A stretch of 64,000 bases of DNA from Eledone cirrhosa. Lineage: Eukaryota. A program made the translations under genes and the position numbers. The DNA is taken from contig OZ024745.1 in the NCBI GenBank assembly GCA_964016885.1, positions 50,344,001-50,408,000 of the forward strand, given 5' to 3'. Each line of letters begins with the position of its first letter. Position 1 is the first letter of the stretch. Below, piece after piece: positions 18,436-31,943 of the stretch. Under the pieces are notes generated by a model. The model did not search any database. It was not told the origin of the DNA and saw only the letters and a program-made list of their open reading frames with translations.

Positions 18436-19361
18436 GTGTGTGCGTGTGTGTGCGTGTGTGTATGAGATGAATAAATTGGGTATAATATCAGTTTCTTACC
18501 AAATGCGAAGAAGCTCGATAAATTAACCCCTTAGGAAAGGGCACAGAACATAATTTTTTAAAATTATATATGTATAGTGGTGGTGGAACTAGGCGGGGAG
18601 AGGGTTCGTTCCCCTCCAATAATTATATTTTCTCCCCAAACTACCAAAACACATATCTATTTGGATATGCGCTACAATTTACGTACATGTTATGTTTATC
18701 GCATATCGAAGTTTTCTGACCATTTCAGAGTACAAAGAGCTAAACTAATCACTACAACTAAATTGTACAAATTTTCCCTCCCCACCACCACAATATTACG
18801 GGATCGTCTGAGTTTCAGAAGATCTCGTAATAGGGTGAAAGAAGCGATTCTCTGCTTAAACTTTAATAAGTACTTATAATAAATATTTGCTCTCTCTCTC
18901 TATATATATATAGGAAAAGATTCAGGACCCCGACGGCTGAGCTCCGGCCATTTGGACAGCTAGATCCGAACTAACACGCTCTTTGTTATATATATATATA
19001 TATATATATATTTGAATTTTGCTTGTTCTTCTTATCTTAATATTATAGTTCTGGTATGTCAAATTAATACCATAGAACAACCTTAAATCATAGACAACCT
19101 ATATATTTCTAGGGGTACTTAGTACCCATGGGCATATTAACTTCTTCTATTATTATACTCCGTTATGTTGAGAACAAATCTGTTGTTTCTATTTAGCTGC
19201 TATTTTTAGTAACGAGATAGACAACATGTCTATGTTTTTCCCGCTTTCACCTCGGGCAGTTCACGTACGGGTCATTTTTCGGCCTTTTGGATCTGTGCTA
19301 GCTGGCAGATAACAATATATTTTAACGTTCCTGGGTCTTTAGCCCTAGGAAAGGAAAATGC

Positions 19362-19440
19362 TTCTCTGATGAACTTTGATTTTCCATTGGAAATCCATTG
19401 GATTTCTGGTGTTTTACAAAGCGAAACCGATCGGTAAGGG
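19362..19440 (+). ncRNA. Type I hammerhead motif with extended loop II
   Basis: TTCT-CTGATGA-ACTTTG...CAAAGC-GAAAC-CGATCG-GTA-AGGG. Confidence 0.72.
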
Positions 19441-20312
19441 CCAAAAGAATAGGTAAATATTTAAATTATATTTTTTAATTTATTATAAAAAATTGGTTGA
19501 ATTTTGCTTGTTCTGCTTATCTTAATATTATAGTTCTGGTATGTCAAATTAATACCATAGAACAACCTTAAATCATAGACAACCTATATATTTCTAGGGG
19601 TACTTAGTACCCATGGGCATATTAACTTCTTCTATATATATATATATATACAATCCTTATCGAGCCCTCTTCGGATTTATTATTACTATATATATATATA
19701 TTGTCTACGCGTTATACTTTTCGCTACCAATCATTCCACATTTTTTTTTTTTTTTTTTTTTTTTTGAGTTGCTAACGATGAATTATTTGGCAGACTCAGA
19801 TATTATTGTATTCAGACCGTTAACAAGATCCTCATTGATACCATTCCAACCGGATGTTGAAGCCCAGTTGTCAGACGATATTTTTTCCATCTCTTTTTTT
19901 TTACTGAGAAACCAACCACCGCAGCACGTGACAGCAATCCCAGCAGACATTGGAAACATTTAAACTCCATGCAAGGTTGTCACTTCTTCTTCTGATTCTT
20001 TCTTCTTCTTCTTCTTCCTTTTCTTCTTCTTCTTCTTTCTTTCTTTCTTTCTTTCTTTTCTTTCTTTTGTCTTCACATCAGATCTAACCAAGACGCGGGT
20101 ATTACAGAGAGAGAGAGAGAGAGTGAGAGAGACAGACAGAGACAGAATGGGAGAGAGAAAAGGATACATAACTGATCATCTAAGAAGCTGTGTCAGGTTA
20201 ATATGCAGGTAACATTATCAGGCGTGTCTACGTCATATATAATATGACAGTCAGATCATCAGTTAGACATTCTCTCTGTAACAGTAAATAGAAAAAATAT
20301 TCCCTCTTTAAT

Positions 20313-20498
20313 CATAATTGTTTCTACTTTAGGCACAAGGCCAGCAATTACCCAGTGCATTACTGGTACTTTATTTTATCGACCCCGTAAGGATGAAAGG
20401 CAAAGTCAACCTCGGCGGAATTTGAACTCAGATCGTAAAGGAACGTAACTATGCTGGAAAGCATGGCGTCCGACTCTCTACCGATACTGCCAATCCAC
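20313..20498 (-). mobile_element. tRNA-derived SINE, same family
   Basis: Reverse complement of the 41664 copy. Confidence 0.88.
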
Positions 20499-21006
20499 TT
20501 AATCATAATAATCTCTAATTTTCCTTCTATTTTTCTCCCATGGGCAAGCTATCTTATTTTTGTTTGTTGGTTTCGGAAACAAATGCTAGTTTTCTTTCGT
20601 TTTAATCTTTTCGTTACCATATTTCTAATGAAAGACACAGCCTATGATTTTCAAATAATTTTGAAAATAATCAAAACTTCTGGGAGATTTAGTAATATAA
20701 CTAACTTTCTCATATTGAAGCTGAATATGTTAGATGGCTTAACTAATGGATAGATTTGGTCATTCCGATTAGCAAATCGTGATACAATTACAAATGCTCT
20801 CAACATCATGCAAATCATCCATCGTAGATGTGGTATCTCAAAAAAAAAAAAAAAAAAAAAAAAATGCCGGATTCATAATACTCCTCTAATGCCGTAAAAA
20901 TCACAATACGCCATAAAAATATATATTGTGATTTTTACAACATTAAATGAATATGGAATCCGGCTTTCTGTTTCTTTGTAGTATATATATATATATATAT
21001 ACATAT

Positions 21007-21069
<63 letters not shown>

Positions 21070-21090
21070 CACATATATTTACATATATAT

Positions 21091-21121
<31 letters not shown>

Positions 21122-21166
21122 CACTCATATATATATTTATATATATACACTCATATATATATTTAC

Positions 21167-21285
<119 letters not shown>

Positions 21286-21648
21286 TTGGAGCTCTGAAAT
21301 AGCAATATATATATGGATGTATATATAATGTATTTTGCAATACACTTTATGCTTAATTAAAAGCATTTTGAAGACCGTAAGCTATTGTTTTAAAGTAGTG
21401 ACAAATTCACTCACTTTGATCTCAGCAAACAGTAGCTTACGGTCTTCAAAATGCTTTTAATTAAGCATAAAGTGTATTGCAAAATACATTATATATACAT
21501 CCATATATATATTGCTATTTCAGAGCTCCAATTCTAATTTTTAATTTCTGCCTGACCAACAACCGCTCTGCATAATCAGCTCCTGATTATTTACTAGATT
21601 TCTATAAGAATATAACATCATTGATCTCAGTAGACAGGCGGGGTAGTT

Positions 21649-21692
21649 GGCCTTGATAAGCTTCAACAAAAGCAAAACATGTCATGTCGGCT
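21649..21692 (+). ncRNA. Decayed hammerhead motif, U3-A8 core variant (G12 mutated to A)
   Basis: GGCC-TTGATAA-GCTT-CAACAA-AAGC-AAAA-CATGTCATGTC-GGCT. Confidence 0.55.
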
Positions 21693-21805
21693 TATCTCCC
21701 CTGTTTGCTGAGATCAAAGTGAGTGAATTTGTCACTACTTTAAAACAATAGCTTACGGTCTTCAAAATGCTTTTAATTAAGCATAAAGTGTATTGCAAAA
21801 TACAT

Positions 21806-21854
<49 letters not shown>

Positions 21855-22037
21855 TATATAAATATCAGACTCGTCAACTCACCTAGTATGACGGGGAGAT
21901 TTCCCACCCACTTTGAGGTGGGTGAGAGATGTCTTCTCTTGTGAAAATGGATATAGCTTTCGTTGTCTCATATCTCCCATTTTGGGGGCACTTCTTTTCA
22001 TGGTACTCCTTTTGGGGGCTTTTTAGAGGTTGGCAGG

Positions 22038-22087
<50 letters not shown>

Positions 22088-22235
22088 AAGAGGTATAAGT
22101 CTACATTTCATAGTTTGTTTTATTACTTGTGGACTTCGTTGAATGCTCTACCCTGCAGACTGAAGTGTTGGTGTTAAGCTAACACACAATTTGATTAATT
22201 ATATATATACGTATATATATATATATAACCATGTC

Positions 22236-22284
22236 CATTACGAGCTGAGGATCCGCTAAGGTGAAACAATTGTTCTCGGTATGG
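22236..22284 (+). ncRNA. Type I hammerhead motif
   Basis: CCATTACGAG-CTGAGGA-TCCGCTAAGGT-GAAAC-AATT-GTT-CTCGGTATGG; GUU triplet. Confidence 0.8.
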
Positions 22285-22306
22285 TGAACTAACTGTTGTG
22301 TAACCA

Positions 22307-22381
<75 letters not shown>

Positions 22382-22598
22382 GAATAATCGAGAATCGGAA
22401 TATCAGCCCACGAAATCACGATAAACAAATCCGATATGTGTGGCAGAGGGCTCAATAATTTGGATAAATCAGAGCTATAACTATCGTTAAAATACCAACT
22501 CATAGAGATCATGCCTAAAATCACCCGTGCAGCCGAAAAAGAACGACCAGGAAGATTCGGGTCACTCAAATAAAATATCAATAAATGAATAAATTAAA

Positions 22599-22634
<36 letters not shown>

Positions 22635-22649
22635 TATATGTGTGTGTGT

Positions 22650-22713
<64 letters not shown>

Positions 22714-22887
22714 AAGAAGAGTGGCAGTGACATTGAAATTGTGACATTGCTGCTTGATCACTTTATTTTGCAGCCAGATGAAGCGACCAAACTCAAACTT
22801 CGAAATCACTGCCACGAAATTTAGATTCTACCCAATCAGTTAATGTTCGAATGTTTTCAATGCTATGGTATTTTAAACACACTTCTC

Positions 22888-22919
<32 letters not shown>

Positions 22920-22938
22920 TACATATATACATATATAT

Positions 22939-25900
22939 TCTAGGGCGGGTAAAATTCCCGAGATCTATGGACGAGTTCTCTTCAGCGGTCTCTATCCCTC
23001 ATTATCGCTGCCATGTCCTGCGTCTCCAACAGACCAGTGTCTGTCCTTAGGGCATCAACATACGTTAACTTTGGTCTTCCTCTTCCAGTGTGTCCATGTA
23101 GGGGCTCCCACAGGAGCACTGAGTGCAATGTCAACTCTGGATGTCGGTGACATGTCCAGCCAACCTCAGTCTCCCGCGCGTCACTCCCGAGCTGACCCCT
23201 GGGAGACCCCCATACAGCCCTGAGTTCTTCATCCTCAGTGTATACTGATTAATGTTCAGAGCCATCCTCAGCATTCTCGTGTAGCACCCATCCACCATCT
23301 GAGTGAATTTTTTGGTCAGTGTCCAAGTCTCAGACCCGTACAGCAGCACAGACTCCACTACAGCAATGAAGAGGCGGATCTTCAGGTCTCACGAAGGTCC
23401 GACTTCCACACCGATCTCAAGCTGTGGCACGCCGCCCAGACTTTGCTCTTCCTCTCAACCACATCATCTTCCGTATTCCCAATCTTTGCTCCCAAATACA
23501 GGAAGTCCTCAACCAATTCTAGCGGCTTCCCGCCTACATTAGTGATCCCCTCTGGCTTCTCAACATTCTCTACCAGATATTTTGTTTTAGTCTCATTCAT
23601 TCTCAGCCCCACACTCATCGACACAGTCTCAACCTCCCGCATCAAATCCTCTGCCTCCTTCACTGTATTTGTCACCCAAACTATGTCGTCGGTAAATTCA
23701 GCATCTGATACCTTTTTCGCCTTAACTCTCCTGCTCTGAGCCGGTGCTACAGTAAAGCCAGAGTCCTGGTGTTTCTCCAGTGCAAGGCGCATACAATAGT
23801 CCACTACGATGACAAAAAGGTAGGGAGCCAATGTATCTCCCTGGAGCACTCCAGCCAGTATCTCAAAGAACTCTGTCATCCCATCAGGTGTAATGAGTTG
23901 GGCTTTAGTGTTGGTGTAGAGCAGTGATATCAGGTCCACTATCTTCTTGGGGGTTGCATAAGCCTGTAAGATCTTCATCAGGCAGTGAGGGTCCACAGAA
24001 TCAAAGGCCCTCCCAAAGTCAATGAAAACCATGACCGCAGGAAGGCACTTTGCTCTAGCTCCCTCTAATATCCTCCTCAGCATCAGGATGTGACTGGTGG
24101 TTGATCTTCCCTCTCTGAAGCTGTTCTGGTTGTCCCTGGGTTTCTTCTCCATCTCAGGCTGGATCCTGTTAAGAATCATCCTGTTGAGGGTCTTTGCCAC
24201 AAGTGACGTCAGTGAGATTCCCCTGTAGTTGTTGGGGTTAGAGTGATCTCCATTCTTTGGCACTGAGACGATGTTACTGATCCTCCACTGATTCGGGGCA
24301 ACTCCCTTCTCCAGTGCCTGGTTACAGAACCCCAGGATGATATCACCAAACTCACACCTCTTCATCACCTCTGATGCCACTCCATCCTCTCCATGAGCCT
24401 TGCCCTCCTTGATCTTCTTCTTGGCTCTCTGAAGCTCCTCTCTGGTGAAGGGCTCTGTCTCAATATCCAGTTCTTCAAACAGCCGCCTGATCTCCCCAGT
24501 GCTCTGGGCTGTGGAGGGTGGCTCTCCTAGTAGGGTCCTAAAATGGTCTAGCCATTTCCTCTTCCTATCCTTGGGCCCCGTTCCCTGGATCTGACTCGAA
24601 CACCTTCTCTTCCTCCCTGTGATCTCGTTGATGATCATCCAGCTCTCCTTACATCCAGATATGTCAACCACTCTCTCCACACTTCTGATCTTCTCTATCA
24701 GTGCCTCCTCTCTGACCTCAGTGTAAGCGGTACAGAGTTCTTCCCTCATCACCTCCACAGTCTCCATCCTCTCCTCCGTAGGATCAGCATAGAATTAGTC
24801 CTTGGCAGCCTTCAGGTGTTCTCTGGCTGCACACACTTTTGGGTTTGCAGAGCTGACGTGCTTCCTTTTGTTCTTTTTCCTCGGCACCAGGGTTTCACTT
24901 GCTTCCGCCACTGCATTGGTGAAGTGCCCGTACTTCCTCGTCACACTCTCCTCAGTCCATCCTCTGTCTCTCCACACAGAACACTGAACCTGTTCCTTAC
25001 TTCCCCTGTGAACCTCTCCTGTAGCTTATCATCTTCCTTGAAAGCTCCCCAGTCATAGATTGCTCTCCGGAGCTGAGCCTTGCTCTTTCTTAAACTCACC
25101 CGGACCTCACTCATAACAAGCCGGTGGTCACTACCCAGTGTACTGAAATAGTTGTATGGTTCTGTGTTCAGAACACTATTCCGCCACTTTTTCCTCACCA
25201 GAATGAAATCAATCTGGGACTTGGACAGGTGCATATCTGAGATGTAGGTCCACATCTTCCCCAGATTCTTCCTAAACCTTAGGTTGGTCGCCATCAAGTT
25301 CGCCTCCAGCAGGGTGTCTCTCAGTAGTCTTCCATTTCGGTTGGTGTTGTTATGGAAGTACCAGCAAGGATCTTCACTGCCCTCCTTACTCAAATGTGCA
25401 TTGAAGTCCCCCAAAACAAGCAGGATGCTATGTGCTTGAGTGGTGTTGACAGCTATACACACCTCCTCATGGAACTCTTCCGCACTCATATCACTGTCTC
25501 CCTCGGTTGGACTATAGGCTGAGATGACTGTCAGTCTTGGGTTTCCATTGAAGGTCACCCTCAACACTCGCGGGGAGACAGGCATTAGTTCATTCACCAA
25601 TAGACTGGTTTTTGTGCTGAAAACAAAACCCACTCCTCCCACTGCAGCATTGGTCATGTTCCTCACTGCCGATGTGGTGATGAGCTGGCTCCTCTTCCCA
25701 ATCATTACACTCCTCACGGGCACATCGTGTAGGATCCTGTGTTCTTGGATCGCAAGTATCTGTATACCACTCTCCTCGAACAGATGTCCCAACTCCTCTC
25801 TCTTCTCCAGCGTCCGAATAGTCCTCACATTCAAAGTGCCCATTTTGATGGCTCTTCTGCAGGACAAAACTACATTATTTATATTTGTCTCAGAGACAGC

Positions 25901-26229
25901 TGATCCATCATCCACTGGCCATCTCCGTGGCTCTAAGGCAGCAGAGTCATAACGTCCAGGCTGCTCCTTGACAGTGTAATTAAGGGCTCTAACCCTAATG
26001 CTGTTAGATCGACTCTCCATATTTCTTTTCAATAGCTGACAATATCTTACCGGCGCCACTCGAATAAGGTAGTTATTTAACCCATAAATAGGGCCCTAAC
26101 AGGTACTACTACTCCGGGCCAGAGCAGACCTGGGAGTTATGACAACTAAGGGGTAACTCCACATTCCACCACAGCTCCTGAACTCCCGAACTGGAGCCTT
26201 GCCACTGGATGTAGTTTAATGTCATACCC

Positions 26230-26235
<6 letters not shown>
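22939..26235 (-). mobile_element. RTE-clade LINE, single ORF (APE+RT) with several frameshifts, inserted in (TA)n
   Basis: APE motifs GTLNVRT, QEHR, AYSPT, GDFNAH, IDFI, SDH (24941-26059). RT motifs NYRGISLTS, GVLQGDTLAPYLF, degenerate EFTDD, FLYLG (23382-24767). RTE tail ESVLLYGSETWTLT, RLRLAGH, GRGRP. Ends right after the stop codon. Confidence 0.92.
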
Positions 26236-26304
<69 letters not shown>

Positions 26305-27062
26305 TCATATATATATACATATATATATACATACTCCCCCTCTCTATATATATTATATTTCTGTGTATGTGTATGTGTGTATGCATGTATGTATATATGT
26401 ATGCGTGTTTGTGCGAGTATGTGTATATGTAATGTACGTATTTAAATGCTTACTGTATGTATGCAGGTATATATACATATATACATATGTGTACGTGTAT
26501 ACACACACATACACAAACATAAACACAAACACATACACCCGCTCACATACACACATATACACACATACTGCGTCTCTTCAGTAAAACCACACGACATACA
26601 GTCCTTATTCAAATAGTTGGACAATTGGAAGAAGAATTTTTCTCCGTTCAAGTTTTTGGAGAATCGACGGATTTTTAATGTTGTTTTCCGAATCTATTTT
26701 TATAGTATTTTATTAGTTACAGTAGACAACAATTCAGCGAGTTCTTTCGCTGTGGTTGGTCCATTTTCTCTACCATGTTTTTCGATTATTTTTTTGATTA
26801 TTTTTGTTAAAGAAAGTATATTATAGAGCGTTTTATAGACTTTTGTTAAATTAACACATTCACACACTTATCTCCCTTTCTATGACCTCTTCATTCTTCT
26901 TTTATTATTTTATATAATGTTTTTTTTTTTTGTAAAGAAGAAAACAAAAAAGGTAGATAGCTAGTGTGGTGCTGATGGTATTTCTCTGTGTGTGACTGTG
27001 TGTCACTCTGAATGTCAATATATATTGCTATACACACATGTATATTGGAGTACATTTGTAAT

Positions 27063-27132
<70 letters not shown>

Positions 27133-27281
27133 TATATATATATATATATATATTTATGGATATATATATATGGATATATATATATATATATACGTATATA
27201 CATATACACGAATAAATGTATGATTACAAATGTACTCCAATATACATGTGTGTATAGCAATATATATTGATATTCAGAGTG

Positions 27282-27333
<52 letters not shown>

Positions 27334-27438
27334 GTATGGATATGTATATATATATAAATCAATTCTTTTTCAAATATTTAATCTAATCTATGTTTATATT
27401 ATTTTGATTAAGAAATGTTAACAATAATATTAATCAAT

Positions 27439-27531
<93 letters not shown>

Positions 27532-27821
27532 AAAGAGAAACAACAATATTTTCTTTCATTTGATTGGTTGTTACTGTCAATGACGTTGTCAAATGAATGA
27601 AAGACACTATCGGCAGCTGAGGATTTCTATACCTAATGTTGTTATTGTTTTTGCTGTTGTTGTATGTTATGGCATATATATATATATATTTATATATATA
27701 TTTATATATATGTGTGTGTGTGTGCATAAATATATATATGTGTGTGTGTGTGTGCGTGTGTGTGTATTTATACATATACATATATATATACATACATATA
27801 TATTTATATATATATATATAC

Positions 27822-27894
<73 letters not shown>

Positions 27895-27941
27895 CATATA
27901 TACATATATATATATATACATATATATATATACATATATAC

Positions 27942-27972
<31 letters not shown>

Positions 27973-27987
27973 CATATATATATATAC

Positions 27988-28048
<61 letters not shown>

Positions 28049-28669
28049 ATATATATACACACACACATATATATATATATATATACCTACAAACGCACAC
28101 ACACACACATTCACACAAAACGCGCATGCACACACATTGTTTGTGATGAGGCAAAAGAGAATTAGTGGTGGTGGCAGCGGGAGTAGGATGGGAGGGGAGG
28201 GGGGGGGAGAAGACACTTCTCCAACGTCTCCAATATCTCCAATGTCTTCAATGTCTCCAGTGTTTCCAGTGTTCCAGTGTTCCGATGTTTCCAATGTTTC
28301 CGACATAATTTCAATGTGAAGTGCCATTTAACACCTGTCCGAAATCTTCCAATATCTCTCCACAGATACAGATCATCTATATGCACCGAAGTGTCGATCT
28401 CTTAACAAATTGATGATCATCAGGGGTCCAACAATATCGACTCAAACATCGTTTTTTTTTATATTTGTCTTAACTCTTTTGCCGTCGGTTTTATTTATTC
28501 TGTTTCGCAATATTTTTTGCTTAAATGACAATGGCGTCGAAAGCGAAGCAATAAATAAATAAATAAAAACAGCAGATAAATGTGTACATACATATATGTA
28601 TATGTATGTTTATTATATATATGTGTATATATATATGTATGTATATCTATGTTTGTATATGCATGTATA

Positions 28670-28726
<57 letters not shown>

Positions 28727-28737
28727 GTATATGTATG

Positions 28738-28804
<67 letters not shown>

Positions 28805-28865
28805 ATGTATGCATATATAAGTATATATATAGATATATGTATATATATACATACATGTATATGTA

Positions 28866-28930
<65 letters not shown>

Positions 28931-29451
28931 GGTAAACAAGTAATTTCACAATCGGTACAATATGTGGAAGGAATATATTAGGTTAACGCTTAAAATAGCA
29001 GAAAGAGGGTTTTCACGTTTCGGACGCTACTCCTTCATCAGAAGAAAGAATGAGAAATTAGAAAGATTGAAGGGACGGGCGAGGCGGAATCGGAAAAAAT
29101 GTTTTTATTGAAAAATAATAGTGCCATTATAAAGAAATATATTCTAATTATATACATATATATATATTTATATATATCAGGATTAAACCAGTATTAAACT
29201 CGTTAGACAATTATTCAACGGCAGGAGCTCAGCCTTCGGGCTGTGTGTATGTGTGATAATTTTCCTTTCGATAATATCACTGACAACGATGAGTTCAAGG
29301 AATTATTTCTTAATCTGAGGGATCACTTGATAATCCGTTTGCCTCATAGCTTTAGTTGCACAATAGCTGCACACCAATCGGCGAAACTGCAGTGTAGATA
29401 TTGAAGTGAAATTAGGCAACTTTCTATCTATTTGATCTTCCCACTTACAAT

Positions 29452-29483
<32 letters not shown>

Positions 29484-29511
29484 TATATATGTGTATATAT
29501 GTATATATGTA

Positions 29512-29594
<83 letters not shown>

Positions 29595-29709
29595 TTGGGG
29601 AGGGTCATATTTGTGTAATATTGCCAGAATTAATAACAGAACACACGATTTCATATAAAAAACCTCGCAAAACTAATTCATCGCCGCTATATATATATAT
29701 ATATATATA

Positions 29710-29784
<75 letters not shown>

Positions 29785-30526
29785 GATATTAATAAATGGA
29801 AACTATATTTATAAAACCATATTTATTTCATTATACATATTTCAGGGATACCAAATTAAATTATGGTATGCCTTCATCAGACAAAATACAATATATAACA
29901 GTTTTACAAATAAGCTTTGACGTACCCTATTAAAATGCAACCATTGTTTTTGGAAGTAATCCGGATAGTGAATTGTTTATATAACTTTAATAAGTCATAG
30001 TGTTAAGGACAATTAGAAAAAGATTGTTGACTTAATATCTCTCTGTTGCTTTCCTCTGTTTTTCTTATTTCTTCCTTTTTTTCTTCTTTCTTCCTTTCCT
30101 CCTGTCTTTACTTATCTCTTTCTTTTTTTCTCCATGCATCTCTCTCTCCGATATTTCTCCACGTTTTTTCTTTCTCTCCGTCTTTTTCTTTCTCTCCGTC
30201 TTTTTCTAATTGTCCTTAACACTATGACTTATTAAAGTTATATAAACAATTCACTATCCGGATTACTTCCAAAAACAATGGTTGCATTTTAATAGGGTAC
30301 GTCAAAGCTTATTTGTAAAACTGTTATATATTGTATTTTGTCTGATGAAGGCATACCATAATTTAATTTGGTATCCCTGAAATATGTATAATGAAATAAA
30401 TATGGTTTTATAAATATAGTTTCCATTTATTAATATCGTATATCTACTCCAAATACTTGTCGAGTGCTTTATATCAGTTATAAAAATATTTACTTGTTGT
30501 ATCCCAACAATTTTAAATAGAACTTT

Positions 30527-30595
<69 letters not shown>

Positions 30596-30642
30596 CTGTG
30601 TGTGTGTGTGTGTGCGTACATACATATGCATACATACATATA

Positions 30643-30688
<46 letters not shown>

Positions 30689-30734
30689 TATACATACACA
30701 CATATATATATATATATATATATATGTGTATATA

Positions 30735-30765
<31 letters not shown>

Positions 30766-30798
30766 TTATGTATATACATACATATATATATGTATATA

Positions 30799-30871
<73 letters not shown>

Positions 30872-31442
30872 CTATCCAGGTGTGTGTGTGTGTGTGTGTG
30901 TATGAGTATGTGTGTGTGTGTGTGTGCATTGTGAAGTTATTTGTTTTTGTATATATTTACATAAGTTAGATTAAGTAAAGTTATTTACGTTCATTTAATC
31001 CTGACCAGAATAAATTAAAAAATAAGACAGATGGCCAGGTAGACGTATACACCTAACCAGGTGTATCCGTACACACCTAACCTGACTTAGCCAGGTGTAT
31101 ATACACCTAACCAGGTTTATCTATACACAACTCTATGGGTTCTGTTGAAATAAAACTTCATATATTTTTATGAACCATATTGAAGTATTGGAATATTTCA
31201 TACAATGTTTTTCTTTAATTTCTGAAAAAAAATTGTATTTTATTGCTGACCTGAACAATAACTACATATACACACGGCCTGTGCTGCCATTAAAGTCAAC
31301 TAGGCAGAGATGTAGGGCGCAGGTCTTAAAAGACGCATTATTGAATCTTAAAGCATCACAGTTTTATACATATTTGTATAATTTGTCTTTTATTCTTTTA
31401 TAACTTTAACTTTTATTCACAGTTGCACAAAAATATAATAAT

Positions 31443-31659
31443 TGTTTCTACTTTAGGCACAAGGCCAAACATTTGAAGGGGAGGAGAAAGTTGATTAAAT
31501 CAACCCCAGTGTATTACTGGTGCTTTAATTTATCGACCCTGTAAGGATGAAAGGCAAAGCTAACCTCGGAGGGATTTGAACTCAGAACGTAATGGACCGT
31601 AACTCTATGCTGCAAAGCATGGTGTCCGACTCTCTACCGATACTGCCAATCCACCGCAT
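31443..31659 (-). mobile_element. tRNA-derived SINE with target-site duplication, nested in the CRE-like 3' UTR
   Basis: Same family; AAAAATATAATAAT repeated at 31429-31442 and 31660-31673. Confidence 0.85.
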
Positions 31660-31823
31660 AAAAATATAATAATACAATGCTTACAGAACGAAAACACGAA
31701 CATAAATGATACATACAAATATAAACGCATAAAAAAAGACACAAAAACACATTAAAAAAGGAAGAAACAAGGGGTGCGGTGATAATCCACCACTAAGTGC
31801 GACAATCGGCAGCATTTCACATC

Positions 31824-31943
31824 CTAGGGGTTAACTAATACTTTGAGGCAAGCCAACACGCTCGCAGCATTACCACGAGTGATGGCGAGGCCAAGGCGCC
31901 GAAACAACCAGGCACCCTCACGGGCATCGCCTGACATCCTGTA
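31824..31943 (-). mobile_element. C-terminal fragment of a restriction-like-endonuclease (CRE-like) non-LTR retrotransposon
   Basis: Minus strand reads YRMSGDAREGAWLFRRLGLAITRGNAASVLACLKVLVNP*, matching the F.RLS.A..RGNA terminal motif of RLE elements. An AT-rich 3' UTR continues toward about 31410. Confidence 0.7.
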
